Position numbers and translations under genes: made by a program. Of a stretch of DNA of 64,000 nt, positions 30,213-40,271 are shown one piece after another (the stretch's first letter is position 1; every line of letters begins with the position of its first letter). The DNA is from Gemmatimonadetes bacterium 13_1_20CM_4_69_16 (GTDB taxonomy: Bacteria; Gemmatimonadota; Gemmatimonadetes; Gemmatimonadales; GWC2-71-9): assembly GCA_001919865.1 (NCBI GenBank), contig MNIR01000058.1, positions 15,430-79,429 on the forward strand, given 5' to 3'. The notes below the pieces were generated by a model. That model was given only the letters and a program-made list of their open reading frames with translations. It ran no database searches and was not told where the DNA came from.

Positions 30213-31310
30213 CTACTTCGGTCGCCGGCGCGCGAGCGCCTCGCGATACACCGCCTCGGTGCGGTCCGCGGTCCGTTCGAGCGTGAACTCGCGCCGCACG
30301 TAGGCACGACCCGCCGCCGCCAGCCGATCCGAGAACCCGCCGTCCCCGAGCAGCCGTCCCAGCGCCTCCGCCCACGCCGCCGGGTCGAGCGGCGCCACCA
30401 GCAGGCCGGTTTCGCCCGAGCGGATGAGATCCGGATTACCGCCGGCGTCCGACGCCACCACCGGCAACCCCAGTGCCATCGCCTCGAGCAGAGACTGCGA
30501 CAGCCCTTCCATCCGGGACGGCAGCGCGGCCAGGGCTGCCCCCTGATAGAAAGCGAGCGCGCGGTCGATCAGGGGCACGAACACGACGCGGTGGCGTTCC
30601 GGAACAGCCTGCGCCAGGGCGCGCAACTGGGCGTCCGGCTCCACGCCGACGCACACCACAAGCACCCCACGCTCGATCCGGGGAAGCGCCTGGAGCAAGA
30701 CGTGCTGATCCTTGCGCCGGGAGACGACCGCGACGACCGGCCGCCCATCCGGATCGCCGAGCGCGTCGCGGGCGGCCGCGAGCTCGGCCAGCGGCACGGG
30801 CGCATCCACGCGCTCGAGCGCGATGCCGTTGGGCACGACGCGGAGGCGGGCGCCGGGATGCAGTCGCCGCCGCAGCGCGCGGGCCACCGCGCCGCTCACC
30901 GCGATCGTCCGGTCCGCCGCGAGCCCGACCGGCAGCAGCTCGAGCGGCGACGTCAGCGGCATCGTGCGGCGTGTGACGACGAACGCCTGAGGCAGCCGGC
31001 CCCGCCAGCGCAGCCACGTGAGCGCGCGACGGTCCAGCGTGGCGTGGGAGTTGACGACGTCTATTCGCTCGCGAGTCAGGACGTCCCCGAGGGCGCGCGC
31101 CAGTGCACCTCGCTGCAAGAACGCGAGCGAGACGACGGGCAGTCCGGCTGCGCGCGCCAGCCGCGCCAGCAGCACGTCGTCGCGGCAGCCCACCAGCACA
31201 CGGTGTCCGCGCTGGGCGAGCTGTTGGCTCAAGTTGAAGATCGACTGTGTGGACCCGGCGGGGCCGCCCTGATGGGTGAGCTGAAGAATCGTGAGCGGCC
31301 CGCCTGTCAT
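30213..31310 (-). CDS. Glycosyltransferase family 4
   Basis: VPNGI, PSRMEGLSQSLLEAM. Confidence 0.9.
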   Translation of the reverse strand: MTGGPLTILQLTHQGGPAGSTQSIFNLSQQLAQRGHRVLVGCRDDVLLARLARAAGLPVVSLAFLQRGALARALGDVLTRERIDVVNSHATLDRRALTWLRWRGRLPQAFVVTRRTMPLTSPLELLPVGLAADRTIAVSGAVARALRRRLHPGARLRVVPNGIALERVDAPVPLAELAAARDALGDPDGRPVVAVVSRRKDQHVLLQALPRIERGVLVVCVGVEPDAQLRALAQAVPERHRVVFVPLIDRALAFYQGAALAALPSRMEGLSQSLLEAMALGLPVVASDAGGNPDLIRSGETGLLVAPLDPAAWAEALGRLLGDGGFSDRLAAAGRAYVRREFTLERTADRTEAVYREALARRRPK

Positions 31311-31319
31311 GGCCCGAAG

Positions 31320-32609
31320 CTAGTTATCTGATCTTGCTACGTGGACCCCTTCGGCCCGGCCCGGTCCGAGATAGCAAGGAATCAAGGACTTAGGGCGGCG
31401 GATGGGTTGGCACGCCGGCGCCACGATAGGTCTATCAGCCTAGGGTCTTGGTGTAGCAGGCGAACGATCTCGAAGCAGGGAGGCCTCCTGCGGCGCGTGA
31501 TGCCAGGCGTGCACTACTTGGATTTGGTGTCTTGGGTCCATTCACTCCCTCCTGCCGTGAAAGATAGCTAACCTCAAAGCCACCACCGCCCGACTTGGCG
31601 TGGCGGGGCGCGATCCCGCGACCGCGCCCTTGCGATTCGACTTCCCTCGCGCTAACTCTGCCGATCTCACCCGTCCTGAAAGCTGTTTTATCGAATGCCC
31701 CGTTTTTTCGGTGGGGCGTTCACTAGCGCAGTAGCGCGACAGCGGGAGGTTTCCCGTGCGCCATCTTACCTTACTCTGCATTCCATCGCTGCTGGCGTGG
31801 TTCGAGAACCTACCGGCCCAAGCCGCCCAAGACTCGGCTGCAGGCCAGACGCCTACCCGGCTCTGTTACCGCGCCCGACCCAAACCGGCATGCTCCACAT
31901 TCATCCTCACGGATTTCGGCGGCTACCTGGTGACGGGCGACTTTCCACTCGGGGGAGTCGTGGATTGGGGCTTGATGGTCAACGTCAGCACGCGGGACGC
32001 AATTGGCACGTCGGTGTTCGCGAGTCTGGACCCGCTTGGGTTCGGGCTCGGGCCCGCCGTCCGCTACCGCCGCTGGCTCCCGCCTTCAGGATCGTTCGAG
32101 GTCGCCGTGGGTACGCCGCTAACACGCACCAACGACATCCGGGGCGCAGTGTTTGGCCTTGTCAGGTGGAGTCCCAACCATTGGCTTGCGGTTGCGGCTC
32201 GTCCGGAGCTCGTGCACCGGCCGGTGTTTCTCTGCGGTGGGCCGACCAATACTTGCACCTCCGAAGTCCAGTGGCGGCGGCGCGTACCGCTCGGGGTGGA
32301 GTTCGGTTGGGTGCCCGGGCTCGCGCTCACCGCCGCGAGCGGCTTCACGATCGTGGGGCTCTTCCTGGGGCTCTTCGCCGGACGGATTCACTAGAACAGT
32401 CGAGCCCGACGCCCGGGGCGGGCCTCTAAGTGGAAACCAGGGCGGTGGGTGCTTCTACTACAGTGCGGGGCGCGATCCGGGGACCGGGGCCCTACGGACG
32501 CGCGCCTACGCCTCTTCCGCTTCTACCACAAAGACGATCGCTGAACCGGCAAGACGCAGCCACGAACTCTCGCCACGATCTCAGGGTTACTGACCTAGTT
32601 ATCTTATCT
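31320..32609. mobile_element. Small inserted islet bounded by 15-bp direct repeats CTAGTTATCT(G/T)ATCT
   Basis: Repeats at 31320-31334 and 32595-32609; visibly lower GC; no recombinase inside. Confidence 0.55.
31756..32394 (+). CDS. Hypothetical exported, beta-rich protein
   Basis: GGGAGG RBS, signal peptide, amphipathic beta-strand pattern, two Cys pairs, hydrophobic C-terminus. Confidence 0.7.
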   Translation: MRHLTLLCIPSLLAWFENLPAQAAQDSAAGQTPTRLCYRARPKPACSTFILTDFGGYLVTGDFPLGGVVDWGLMVNVSTRDAIGTSVFASLDPLGFGLGPAVRYRRWLPPSGSFEVAVGTPLTRTNDIRGAVFGLVRWSPNHWLAVAARPELVHRPVFLCGGPTNTCTSEVQWRRRVPLGVEFGWVPGLALTAASGFTIVGLFLGLFAGRIH

Positions 32610-32614
32610 CGTCG

Positions 32615-33577
32615 ATGCACGTCGTCCTCGCCTGCAACCAACAGCTGCCCGCGAAGGGATACGGCGGACCCCAGCGCGTGGTCGTGGCACTCGTGCGCGG
32701 GCTGGCGGCGCTCGGGCACCGCGTCACTTTGCTGGCGCTGCCAGGCTCGCGAGTGGCGGAGGCGACGCTGGTGGAAGTCCCCGCCCGTAAATTCGGCGCT
32801 GCGGCGGACCTCGCAGCCTACGTCCCGCGCGACGCGGACATCCTGCACACGCACCTGCCGCTCAAGCCCGGCCCTGCTCGCCCCGGCGCGCCGCCCTTGG
32901 TCCAGACGATTCACCGCAACCTGAAGCCCGGCGCGCCGCCTGCTCCTAACAGCGTGTTCCTCTCGCGCGACCACGCCCGGCGCCATGGGAGCGACGTCTT
33001 CGTCTACAACGGACTCGATCCCGCGGATTACCTGTTCCGCCGCTTCCCCAAGCGCGCCGCGCAGTTCGATCTGTTCCTCGGCAAGCTGCACAGCGCCAAG
33101 GGCTACCATTGGGCGGTGGAAGCCGCGAAGCACACCGGGCACCGGTTGGTGCTCGCCGGCGGCTGGAGGCCCAGCTTCACGGGGGCGATCAAGTACGTCG
33201 GCGAAGTGGATGGCGGCGCGAAGGCGGCGCTGCTCGCCCGGGCGCGTTGCCTGTGGAACCCCGCGCAGTGGGACGAGCCGTTCGGCCTCGTCACGGTCGA
33301 GGCGTTGCTCTCGGGGACGCCGGTGCTCGGCACCCGGCGCGGGGCGCTCCCTGAGCTGATCACGCCGGAGGTGGGCGCGCTGTGCGACACGTTGGAAGAG
33401 ATGATGGCCGCGGCACAGGTGATCCACACCCGCAGCCCCGAGGCCTGCCGTGCGCTCGCCGAACGCCGCTTCACTCACCTGGTGATGGCAGAGGAGTACG
33501 TCCGGATGTACCACTCCCTGCGCGACACCGGCAAACTGCCGCCGGGCGGAGGACGCGCCGCGCTCGACGCCGCCTAG
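32615..33577 (+). CDS. Glycosyltransferase family 4
   Basis: GYGGPQRVV, WDEPFGLVTVEAL. Confidence 0.88.
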   Translation: MHVVLACNQQLPAKGYGGPQRVVVALVRGLAALGHRVTLLALPGSRVAEATLVEVPARKFGAAADLAAYVPRDADILHTHLPLKPGPARPGAPPLVQTIHRNLKPGAPPAPNSVFLSRDHARRHGSDVFVYNGLDPADYLFRRFPKRAAQFDLFLGKLHSAKGYHWAVEAAKHTGHRLVLAGGWRPSFTGAIKYVGEVDGGAKAALLARARCLWNPAQWDEPFGLVTVEALLSGTPVLGTRRGALPELITPEVGALCDTLEEMMAAAQVIHTRSPEACRALAERRFTHLVMAEEYVRMYHSLRDTGKLPPGGGRAALDAA

Positions 33578-34530
33578 CGCAGCGCGACGGTGAGTAGCTC
33601 TTCCATGCGGTGCCGCCAGGTGTGCTCCCGCAGCGCGCGCTCCCGCGCCGCGGCGGCGAGCGAGCGACGCGCCGGCTCGTCCCCCAGCAGCCACCGAGCC
33701 CGCTCCCGCAGGTCGCCCAAGTCGCGGTACAGCACGACCTCGCGATCGGGCTCGAAATGGCGCGCGATGTCGCCTTTCGCATCCGAGAGCTGAGGCGTCC
33801 CGATAGCGGCGAGCTCGAACACGCGCATGTTGGCGCCGGTGCCGTAGCGCGCCGGGTTCCCCCCCTCCCCGAAGTGCTGATGGACGTTGAGGCCGACGGC
33901 GGCGCCCGAGAGGGCGCGCACGAAATCGTCCCCATACGCCGGGCCGTTGGGCCACCCGGGACCCCAGGCGACGAGGCCCAAGTCGGCCAGCTCGCGGACC
34001 ACGCGCTCGCGCGCCGGGTCGCGCGACCCCGCGAACACGAGCGGCGCCCGCCAGCGGGCCCCGCCGTCGAGCGGCCGGTGGTACTCGGGGTCGCACCCGA
34101 ACGCGAGGTAGTGGGCCCGCGCGCCGGCGCGGCGATGGCGCTCGAGGCTCGAGCCGTCATGTGTGAACAGGACGTCGTAGGCGGGCCCCAACGCGAGTGA
34201 CACCGCTAGTTCATGGGGATCGTCGGGGAACCAGTTCACCCAGCGGCCGCCGAACCGGCGCTTCAGCTCCGCGACCTCGCCGGGCTCGAGCTTGGTTCCC
34301 TTGAACACGAGCACGACGTCCGCCGGTGCGCGCTCGAGCAGCCCGCCCAGTCGGGCGCCGAGCGGCCGGCGCAACACGGCGTTCAGGCCGCGCAGCCGCT
34401 CCTCGCACCGCCGTACCTCGCACCCCACCTCGGCGAGGGCGCGGGCGAGCGCGAGGCCGCTGCGGTGGTAGCGCGGATTGAACGCCGCCACCAGCGTCAC
34501 GCGCAATCCCGTGAAGGGACGCGCCGTCAT
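33574..34530 (-). CDS. CgeB-like glycosyltransferase
   Basis: WFPDDP, NMRVFELAA, EHTWRHR. Confidence 0.8.
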   Translation of the reverse strand: MTARPFTGLRVTLVAAFNPRYHRSGLALARALAEVGCEVRRCEERLRGLNAVLRRPLGARLGGLLERAPADVVLVFKGTKLEPGEVAELKRRFGGRWVNWFPDDPHELAVSLALGPAYDVLFTHDGSSLERHRRAGARAHYLAFGCDPEYHRPLDGGARWRAPLVFAGSRDPARERVVRELADLGLVAWGPGWPNGPAYGDDFVRALSGAAVGLNVHQHFGEGGNPARYGTGANMRVFELAAIGTPQLSDAKGDIARHFEPDREVVLYRDLGDLRERARWLLGDEPARRSLAAAARERALREHTWRHRMEELLTVALR

Positions 34531-35396
34531 AGCTCGACGTAGTTGCGGTATTCGAAGACGCGGGCCCCGGTGAGGCGCTCGATCCAGTCCGACGCGTACA
34601 GCCGCAGATGCCCGAGTCGGAGTCGCTGCGGGGCCACGGCGTGACCCGGGGGCGAATGGCGCCGCGCGGCGATCCACTCCTGGGCCACCCGCGGGTGTGT
34701 GCCGTCGAATCGTCGCAGCAAGGGGGTCCACTCGAGGCCGCGCCGGGCCGCGCTGCGCCGCTCCAGCTGCGCCACCGCTTCGGTGAAGATCTCCTTGGAC
34801 ACCACCAGCTTGTGGTTGAGCGACTGCGGGGCGCCGGCCCAGCCGTAGTGGAACATCGGCGCGCCCGTCACGCGTGCGCGGACGCGCCGCATTTCGGGCC
34901 CGACGCGGAAGCCCTGCGCGTCCTGGTAGGAGTGGATGTCCCGACCGAGCCGCACGCAGCGCACCTCGCGGCGGTACCAGTGCCGGTTCGTCGCCACGGT
35001 GTCGAAGTCGCCGTAGAAGTGCCGGTAGTCCACCAGCAGCCCCTCCACCCGCGGGTCCGCGTGGCACGCCGCGACGCTGTCACGCAGGATCGCCGCGCCC
35101 GTCTCGTGCAGCACCTCGTCCGCCTGGATGTAGAGCCCCCAGGCGCCGCGGCACGCCCGCATGGCGCGCTCCGTCTCCTGGGCGAGCACGCTCGAGCCGC
35201 GCGAGAAGTCCCAGACGGTGTCGAGGATGCGCACGCGCGGGTCGCCGAGCCCGGCGACCAGATCACGCGTCGCGTCGTCCGACTTCCCCACGTTCACGAC
35301 GACCTCGTCGCAAATCTCGAGGATCGAGCGGATCGCCGGGACGATGGGGTAATCGAGCCGCACCGCGTTGCGGACGAGCGTGAAGCCCGAGACCAT
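34527..35396 (-). CDS. Glycosyltransferase family 2
   Basis: SGFTLVRNA, YIQADE, HYGW. Confidence 0.85.
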   Translation of the reverse strand: MVSGFTLVRNAVRLDYPIVPAIRSILEICDEVVVNVGKSDDATRDLVAGLGDPRVRILDTVWDFSRGSSVLAQETERAMRACRGAWGLYIQADEVLHETGAAILRDSVAACHADPRVEGLLVDYRHFYGDFDTVATNRHWYRREVRCVRLGRDIHSYQDAQGFRVGPEMRRVRARVTGAPMFHYGWAGAPQSLNHKLVVSKEIFTEAVAQLERRSAARRGLEWTPLLRRFDGTHPRVAQEWIAARRHSPPGHAVAPQRLRLGHLRLYASDWIERLTGARVFEYRNYVEL

Positions 35397-35397
35397 G

Positions 35398-37200
35398 TCA
35401 GGCGCGGAATTGCATGTCGTACAGGCGGCGGTACAGTCCTCCGGCGGCGAACAGCGCGTCGTGCGTGCCGCGCTCGACCAGCCGGCCGTCGGCGAGCACC
35501 ACGATCAGGTTCGCGTGCCGCACCGTAGCGAGGCGGTGCGCGATCACGAGCACCGTGCGGTGCGCCATCAGGCGGTCGATCGCCTCCTGCACCAGCCGCT
35601 CCGACTCGGTGTCGAGGGCGCTGGTCGCCTCGTCGAGGATCAGGAGCGGCGGGTCGCGCAGCAGCGCCCGCGCGATCGCGATCCGCTGGCGCTGCCCGCC
35701 CGAGAGCCGGGTGCCACGCTCGCCCAGCAGCGTGTCGTAGCCCTGCGGCAGCTGGGCGATGAACTCGTCCGCGTTCGCGGCTCGAGCGGCGGCGCGCACC
35801 TGCTCGAGCGTGAAGTCGCCGCGCCCGTACGCGATGTTCGCGTGCACCGTGTCGTTGAGCAGCACGGTCTCCTGCGACACGATGCCCATCAGCGCCCGCA
35901 GACTGCGGCGCGTGAACCGCGTGATCGGTACGCCGTCCATCAGGATCTGGCCGCCGGTCGGCTCGTAGAAGCGCGGCAGCAGGTCCACGAGCGTAGTCTT
36001 CCCCGCCCCCGATGGCCCCACGATGGCAACGATGTGGCCGCGCCGCACCTCGAGCTCGACGTCCCGCAGCACGGGAGCTTCGCCGTCGTAGGAGAACGTC
36101 ACGCCGCGGAACTCGATCCGATCCCCGAAGCGGGCGGTGGTCTCTCCCGCCCGGTCGCCCTCGTCCGCCGGGACTTCGAGCACCTCGAAACAGCGGTCCG
36201 CCGCCGCAACCGCGCCGGCCATGATCGTGGGATACTGCGTCACCGCCTTGATCGGCGACATGAGCCGCAGGGCCACGGCGATGAACACGATGAACACCTC
36301 CGGCCGCAGCGACGCCGACGCCCCGAGCGCGAGGCGCGTCCCCACCAGGAAGATCGCCACGATGACCAGGCCGGCGAAGATCTCGCTCACCGGGCTCGTC
36401 AGGGTCGACGCGGCCTGGGCGCGTAGCACTCGCTTGCGGTACCGGTTGGCGAGGCGCTGGAACCGGTCGACCTCGAACGCCTCGGCGACATAGGCTCGCA
36501 CCAGCTTCACCGACGCCACCATCTCGCTCACGAGACTGGTCAGCTCGCCGCGGTCGTCGGCTTGCTCCCGCGAGCGGCGTCGCACGCGCGCGACGAGCGG
36601 GCGGATGGTAAGGACGAGGGCCGGGGCGAGGGCCAGCGTGATGATCGCGAGCCGCCAGGAGAGGCCGATGAGGATCGCGAGGTACACGACGATCAAGCAC
36701 ACGTTGCGGAGGAACGAGGCGAGGGCCGCGGTGACGGCGGTCTTGACCTGATCCGTGTCACTGATGATGCGGGCGAGCAGCTGGCCGCCCTTGGTGCGCT
36801 GGAAGAAGCCGAGCGGCAAGGTCTGGAGGTGGCGGAACAGGCGGACCCGCAGGTCGCGCACCACGCCTTCTTCGATCGCCACGCTGCACATCGCGGCCGC
36901 GTAGGCAGCCGCGTTCTTGATGACGAGCGCCACGACGAGCACCAGGACCACGTTGCGCAGCGCCACCTCGGGCGCCCCCACCGTGAGCAGCGGCCCGGTG
37001 ATCTGGCCGAGCACCTTCTCCACCGTGGAGGAGCCTGTCGCCGGCAACGCCTGCAGCTTGAACAAGGCGCGGAGGAACGGAAGCACCAAGACGAACGTCG
37101 CCCCGTCCAGGATGGACGACACGATCGTGGCGACGATGTTGGCGCCGAAGAGAAGCCTGTAGGGGCGGAGCAGGCCGAGCACGCGGCCGCTGCGCCCCAT
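35398..37200 (-). CDS. MsbA-like ABC exporter (TMD+NBD)
   Basis: GPSGAGKT, LSGGQRQR, LILDEATSALD; LPS context. Confidence 0.9.
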   Translation of the reverse strand: MGRSGRVLGLLRPYRLLFGANIVATIVSSILDGATFVLVLPFLRALFKLQALPATGSSTVEKVLGQITGPLLTVGAPEVALRNVVLVLVVALVIKNAAAYAAAMCSVAIEEGVVRDLRVRLFRHLQTLPLGFFQRTKGGQLLARIISDTDQVKTAVTAALASFLRNVCLIVVYLAILIGLSWRLAIITLALAPALVLTIRPLVARVRRRSREQADDRGELTSLVSEMVASVKLVRAYVAEAFEVDRFQRLANRYRKRVLRAQAASTLTSPVSEIFAGLVIVAIFLVGTRLALGASASLRPEVFIVFIAVALRLMSPIKAVTQYPTIMAGAVAAADRCFEVLEVPADEGDRAGETTARFGDRIEFRGVTFSYDGEAPVLRDVELEVRRGHIVAIVGPSGAGKTTLVDLLPRFYEPTGGQILMDGVPITRFTRRSLRALMGIVSQETVLLNDTVHANIAYGRGDFTLEQVRAAARAANADEFIAQLPQGYDTLLGERGTRLSGGQRQRIAIARALLRDPPLLILDEATSALDTESERLVQEAIDRLMAHRTVLVIAHRLATVRHANLIVVLADGRLVERGTHDALFAAGGLYRRLYDMQFRA

Positions 37201-37201
37201 T

Positions 37202-38800
37202 CTAGCGCGTCCCCCCGCTCCCGGATCCCTTGGCACGGCCGCGCGGCGTGAGCAGCGCCACCGGGAGGATCATCTCTTCGGGCGTTACGCCGCCGTGCAG
37301 GAAGGAGCCGCGGTAGCGGGCCTGGTACTCGCGCAGCTTGGTCGGGTACACGAAGAACCGATCGCCGGCAGCGAGCAGCAACCGCACGCCGAGACCCATT
37401 CCCGGAAGACCGTAGGACTTCAAGTCCTCGACGGAGAGCGCGGCCTCCGGGTCCTCGCTCCGCAGGTCCTCGCCGAACTTGTAGCGCAGGTTCGCGGTGG
37501 CGTCCCGCTTCGCATACACCGTCGCCGGCGTCTCGCAGTGGATGGAGCCGTGATCCGTGGTGAGCAGCACCGTGACACCGCGCCGCTCCGCCTCCTCGAG
37601 CGCGGCGCGGACCGGCGAGCGCTCGAACCAGGTGCGCGTGAGGCTCCGCAGCGCTGGGACGTCCCGGGCCACCTCGTACAGGATCGCGCTCTCCGAGCGC
37701 CCGTGCGTGAGCTGGTCGATGAAGTTGAACACGAGCGCCGTCACGCCGTCCTGTGCGAGATGCGCCGGGAGCCGGCGCAGCAGGTCGCTGCCGTCGGCCG
37801 AGCTGAAGAGCTTCTCGTAGCGCACCGGCACCGGTGCCCCCACGAGCTCCGCCAGCTGCTCGGTGAGGAGCTCCCCCTCGTGGGCGTTGAGGCTCTCGTC
37901 GTCCGAGGCCTGGCCCCACCAGTCGGGATGCCGGGCGGCGATCTCCATCGGGAAGAGGCCGGAGAAGATGGCGTTGCGCGCGAACGGCGTCGCGGTCGGC
38001 AGGATGCTGTAGTAATACGACTCCTCGACCTCGAACAGCGGCGTCACGAGATCGCGCAGCTGCTCCCACTGGTCCAGCCGCAAGCAGTCGATGACGATGA
38101 ACAGCACCCGACCCTGCGCCTTGAGGACTGGCACCAGGAACTCGGCGCCCACGTCCACCGAGAGGGGCGGCCGGTCGCCCTCGGGATTGGCGAGCCAGCG
38201 CGGATACTGGCGTGCGATGTAGCCCGCGAAGTCCTTGCGCAAGCTCGCTTGCAGGGCGCGGAGCGCCTCCGACAGGCCGGGCTCGTTGGAGGCGGTGAGC
38301 CGGACCTCCCAGCGCGACAGCTCGACCACGAACTCGATCCACTCGCGCCATGCCAGCGTCGCGCCGCGGCGACCCTCGAGCTCGCGGAAGCGCGCCACGA
38401 AGTCGCGGGCGATGCGCTGCTGCCGGATACGATCGCCCTCGAGCAGGCGCGTCACCACGGACAGGATCTGACGCGGCTGCACCGGCTTGACGAGGTAATC
38501 GTCCACCTCGACCCCGATCGCGTCACGCAGCGTCCCTTCGTCCTCGCTCTGCGTCACCATCACGACCGCCACACCCGCATCGATGGCGCGGATCTCGGGG
38601 AGCAGCTCCAGGCCCCGGCGCCCCGGCATCTGCTCATCCAGCAGGACCACGCTGTACGGCTCCCGTCGCAACATCGCGAGCGCGTCGTCGCCGTGGGCCG
38701 CCGATGCGACCGTAAATCCCTGCGCCTCGAGGAAGCGGCGGTGCGGGGCGAGCCCGTCGACCTCGTCGTCCACCCAGAGAATGCGCTTTGGCCGCGCCAT
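37202..38800 (-). CDS. PorX-like response regulator (REC + PglZ/alkaline phosphatase domain)
   Basis: ILWVDDE, LLDEQMPG, YLVKP; IDCLRLDQW, LPTATPFARN, TTDHG, FLHGG. Confidence 0.88.
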   Translation of the reverse strand: MARPKRILWVDDEVDGLAPHRRFLEAQGFTVASAAHGDDALAMLRREPYSVVLLDEQMPGRRGLELLPEIRAIDAGVAVVMVTQSEDEGTLRDAIGVEVDDYLVKPVQPRQILSVVTRLLEGDRIRQQRIARDFVARFRELEGRRGATLAWREWIEFVVELSRWEVRLTASNEPGLSEALRALQASLRKDFAGYIARQYPRWLANPEGDRPPLSVDVGAEFLVPVLKAQGRVLFIVIDCLRLDQWEQLRDLVTPLFEVEESYYYSILPTATPFARNAIFSGLFPMEIAARHPDWWGQASDDESLNAHEGELLTEQLAELVGAPVPVRYEKLFSSADGSDLLRRLPAHLAQDGVTALVFNFIDQLTHGRSESAILYEVARDVPALRSLTRTWFERSPVRAALEEAERRGVTVLLTTDHGSIHCETPATVYAKRDATANLRYKFGEDLRSEDPEAALSVEDLKSYGLPGMGLGVRLLLAAGDRFFVYPTKLREYQARYRGSFLHGGVTPEEMILPVALLTPRGRAKGSGSGGTR

Positions 38801-38858
38801 AGGCGAAAGCTAATGACGACTGGCGAACGGCGGCAACGCGACCGTAGTTTCCGGCTCC

Positions 38859-39860
38859 GTGTTGTGCGTCCTGCTGGTGCGCTTCAGCTCCATCGGCGAC
38901 ATCCTGTTGACGACGCCGCTCGTGCGCGCGCTGTCCCGGCGCCACCCGGAGGCGCGGCTCGTCTATGTCACGAAGCGGGCCATGGCTCCGCTGGTCGCCG
39001 ACAACCCGCACCTCGCGGAGGTGGTGGCGCTAGAGCCCGACGAGCCGATCCGTCACCTCGCCCGGCGCCTGTCGGCGCTCGCCCCCACGCACGGGCTCGA
39101 CCTCCACGGCAGCGTGCGCAGCGCCCTGCTGCGCCTGTTGGTCCGCTGCCGCTGGTCGGGGTACCGCAAGCGCAAGCTCCCCCGCACCCTGCTCATCGCC
39201 ACCAAGCTCGATGCCTACCGCGCCCGCGTCCCGGTCGCGGAGCGTTACTTCGAGGCGGCGGCTCAGCTCGACACGCGCCCCGATGGCGGTCCCCCGGAGT
39301 TCCACCTCGGTCGCGGCGCGACGGAGCGTGTGGCGCAGTGGCTGATGGAGCGTGGGCTCGCGGACGCCCGGCTCGCGGCCCTGGCTCCCGGCGCGGCTCA
39401 CGCGACCAAGCGCTGGCCGGTCGCTCACTGGAGCGCGCTCATCGAGCAGCTGCGCGACGGCGGCTACCGGCCCGTTGTCGTGGGCGGGCCGGAGGACCGC
39501 GGCCTCGCCCAGCAGCTCGTCGCGAGTGGGGGGGGGGCCGCGGCCAGCGCGGCGGGAGAGTTCTCCCTCCAGGAGACCGGCGCGATGCTGGCACGCGCGA
39601 CCGTGCTCGTTTCGGGCGACACGGGGGTGATGCACATGGCGACCGGCGTAGGCACGCCCGTCGTGGCGCTGTTCGGGCCGACCGTCGAGCAGTTCGGGTT
39701 CTTCCCGTACCGCGGCCCCGCCGCCGTGCTGCAGCGCGATCTCGACTGTCGCCCCTGCTCCGCCTCCGGCACCGCGACCTGCCCGCTCGGCCACCACCGT
39801 TGTCTCCGCGACATCGCACCCGCCGACGTGGCGGCGGCGGTGGCGCGCCTCGTCGCGTGA
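38859..39860 (+). CDS. Glycosyltransferase family 9 (LPS heptosyltransferase)
   Basis: RFSSIGD, APGAAHATKRWP, GDTGVMHMA, LFGPT. Confidence 0.9.
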   Translation: MLCVLLVRFSSIGDILLTTPLVRALSRRHPEARLVYVTKRAMAPLVADNPHLAEVVALEPDEPIRHLARRLSALAPTHGLDLHGSVRSALLRLLVRCRWSGYRKRKLPRTLLIATKLDAYRARVPVAERYFEAAAQLDTRPDGGPPEFHLGRGATERVAQWLMERGLADARLAALAPGAAHATKRWPVAHWSALIEQLRDGGYRPVVVGGPEDRGLAQQLVASGGGAAASAAGEFSLQETGAMLARATVLVSGDTGVMHMATGVGTPVVALFGPTVEQFGFFPYRGPAAVLQRDLDCRPCSASGTATCPLGHHRCLRDIAPADVAAAVARLVA

Positions 39861-40234
39861 TCCAGGCCACGACCCCCGCCGAAGGCCGTTTGATCGTGCT
39901 GGTCGGTGCGGCGGCGCGCGGCCCGAAGCGCGACGGCTTGTTCGCGCTCTGGCTGATCCTCCGCGCGGCGGAGGGGCTGCTCCCGCCGGGCGCCGTCTCG
40001 CCCAGGAACCACCGGCGCCGCCTGCAGGCCCTCGAGTCCAGGCTCGCGAGTCTCGCGCTCCCCGCGCCGCTCAAGCGCGCGCTCACCGCCGCGCTGCAGC
40101 ACCTCGAGCCGGCGAGCCCCGCCGCCGCGGCGCTGGTCCTGTCGCAGCTCGTCGCCCCAGCCCGCGAAGTGCTGGGGCCGGAGGCCGGAGACGCCATCGC
40201 GGTTGCCGCCCGCTCCGCCCGCATACATCTATAA
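39857..40234 (+). CDS. Hypothetical protein
   Basis: GTGA overlap with GT9 stop; fills the gap to the next gene. Confidence 0.6.
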   Translation: MIQATTPAEGRLIVLVGAAARGPKRDGLFALWLILRAAEGLLPPGAVSPRNHRRRLQALESRLASLALPAPLKRALTAALQHLEPASPAAAALVLSQLVAPAREVLGPEAGDAIAVAARSARIHL

Positions 40235-40271
40235 GGCGAGACGGATAGACGGGTAGACGGACAGGAGGGTC

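Noticed and set aside
31408-31424. TTGGCACG as a sigma54 promoter
   Set aside because: No TTGC -12 element at the required spacing.
31320-32609. Integron cassette interpretation of the islet
   Set aside because: No convincing attC (RYYYAAC...GTTRRRY with paired L boxes) after the ORF and no integrase.
37295-40234. 979-aa plus-strand ORF
   Set aside because: Shadow of the PorX-like gene and off-frame GT9; only the last ~125 codons look like a real gene.
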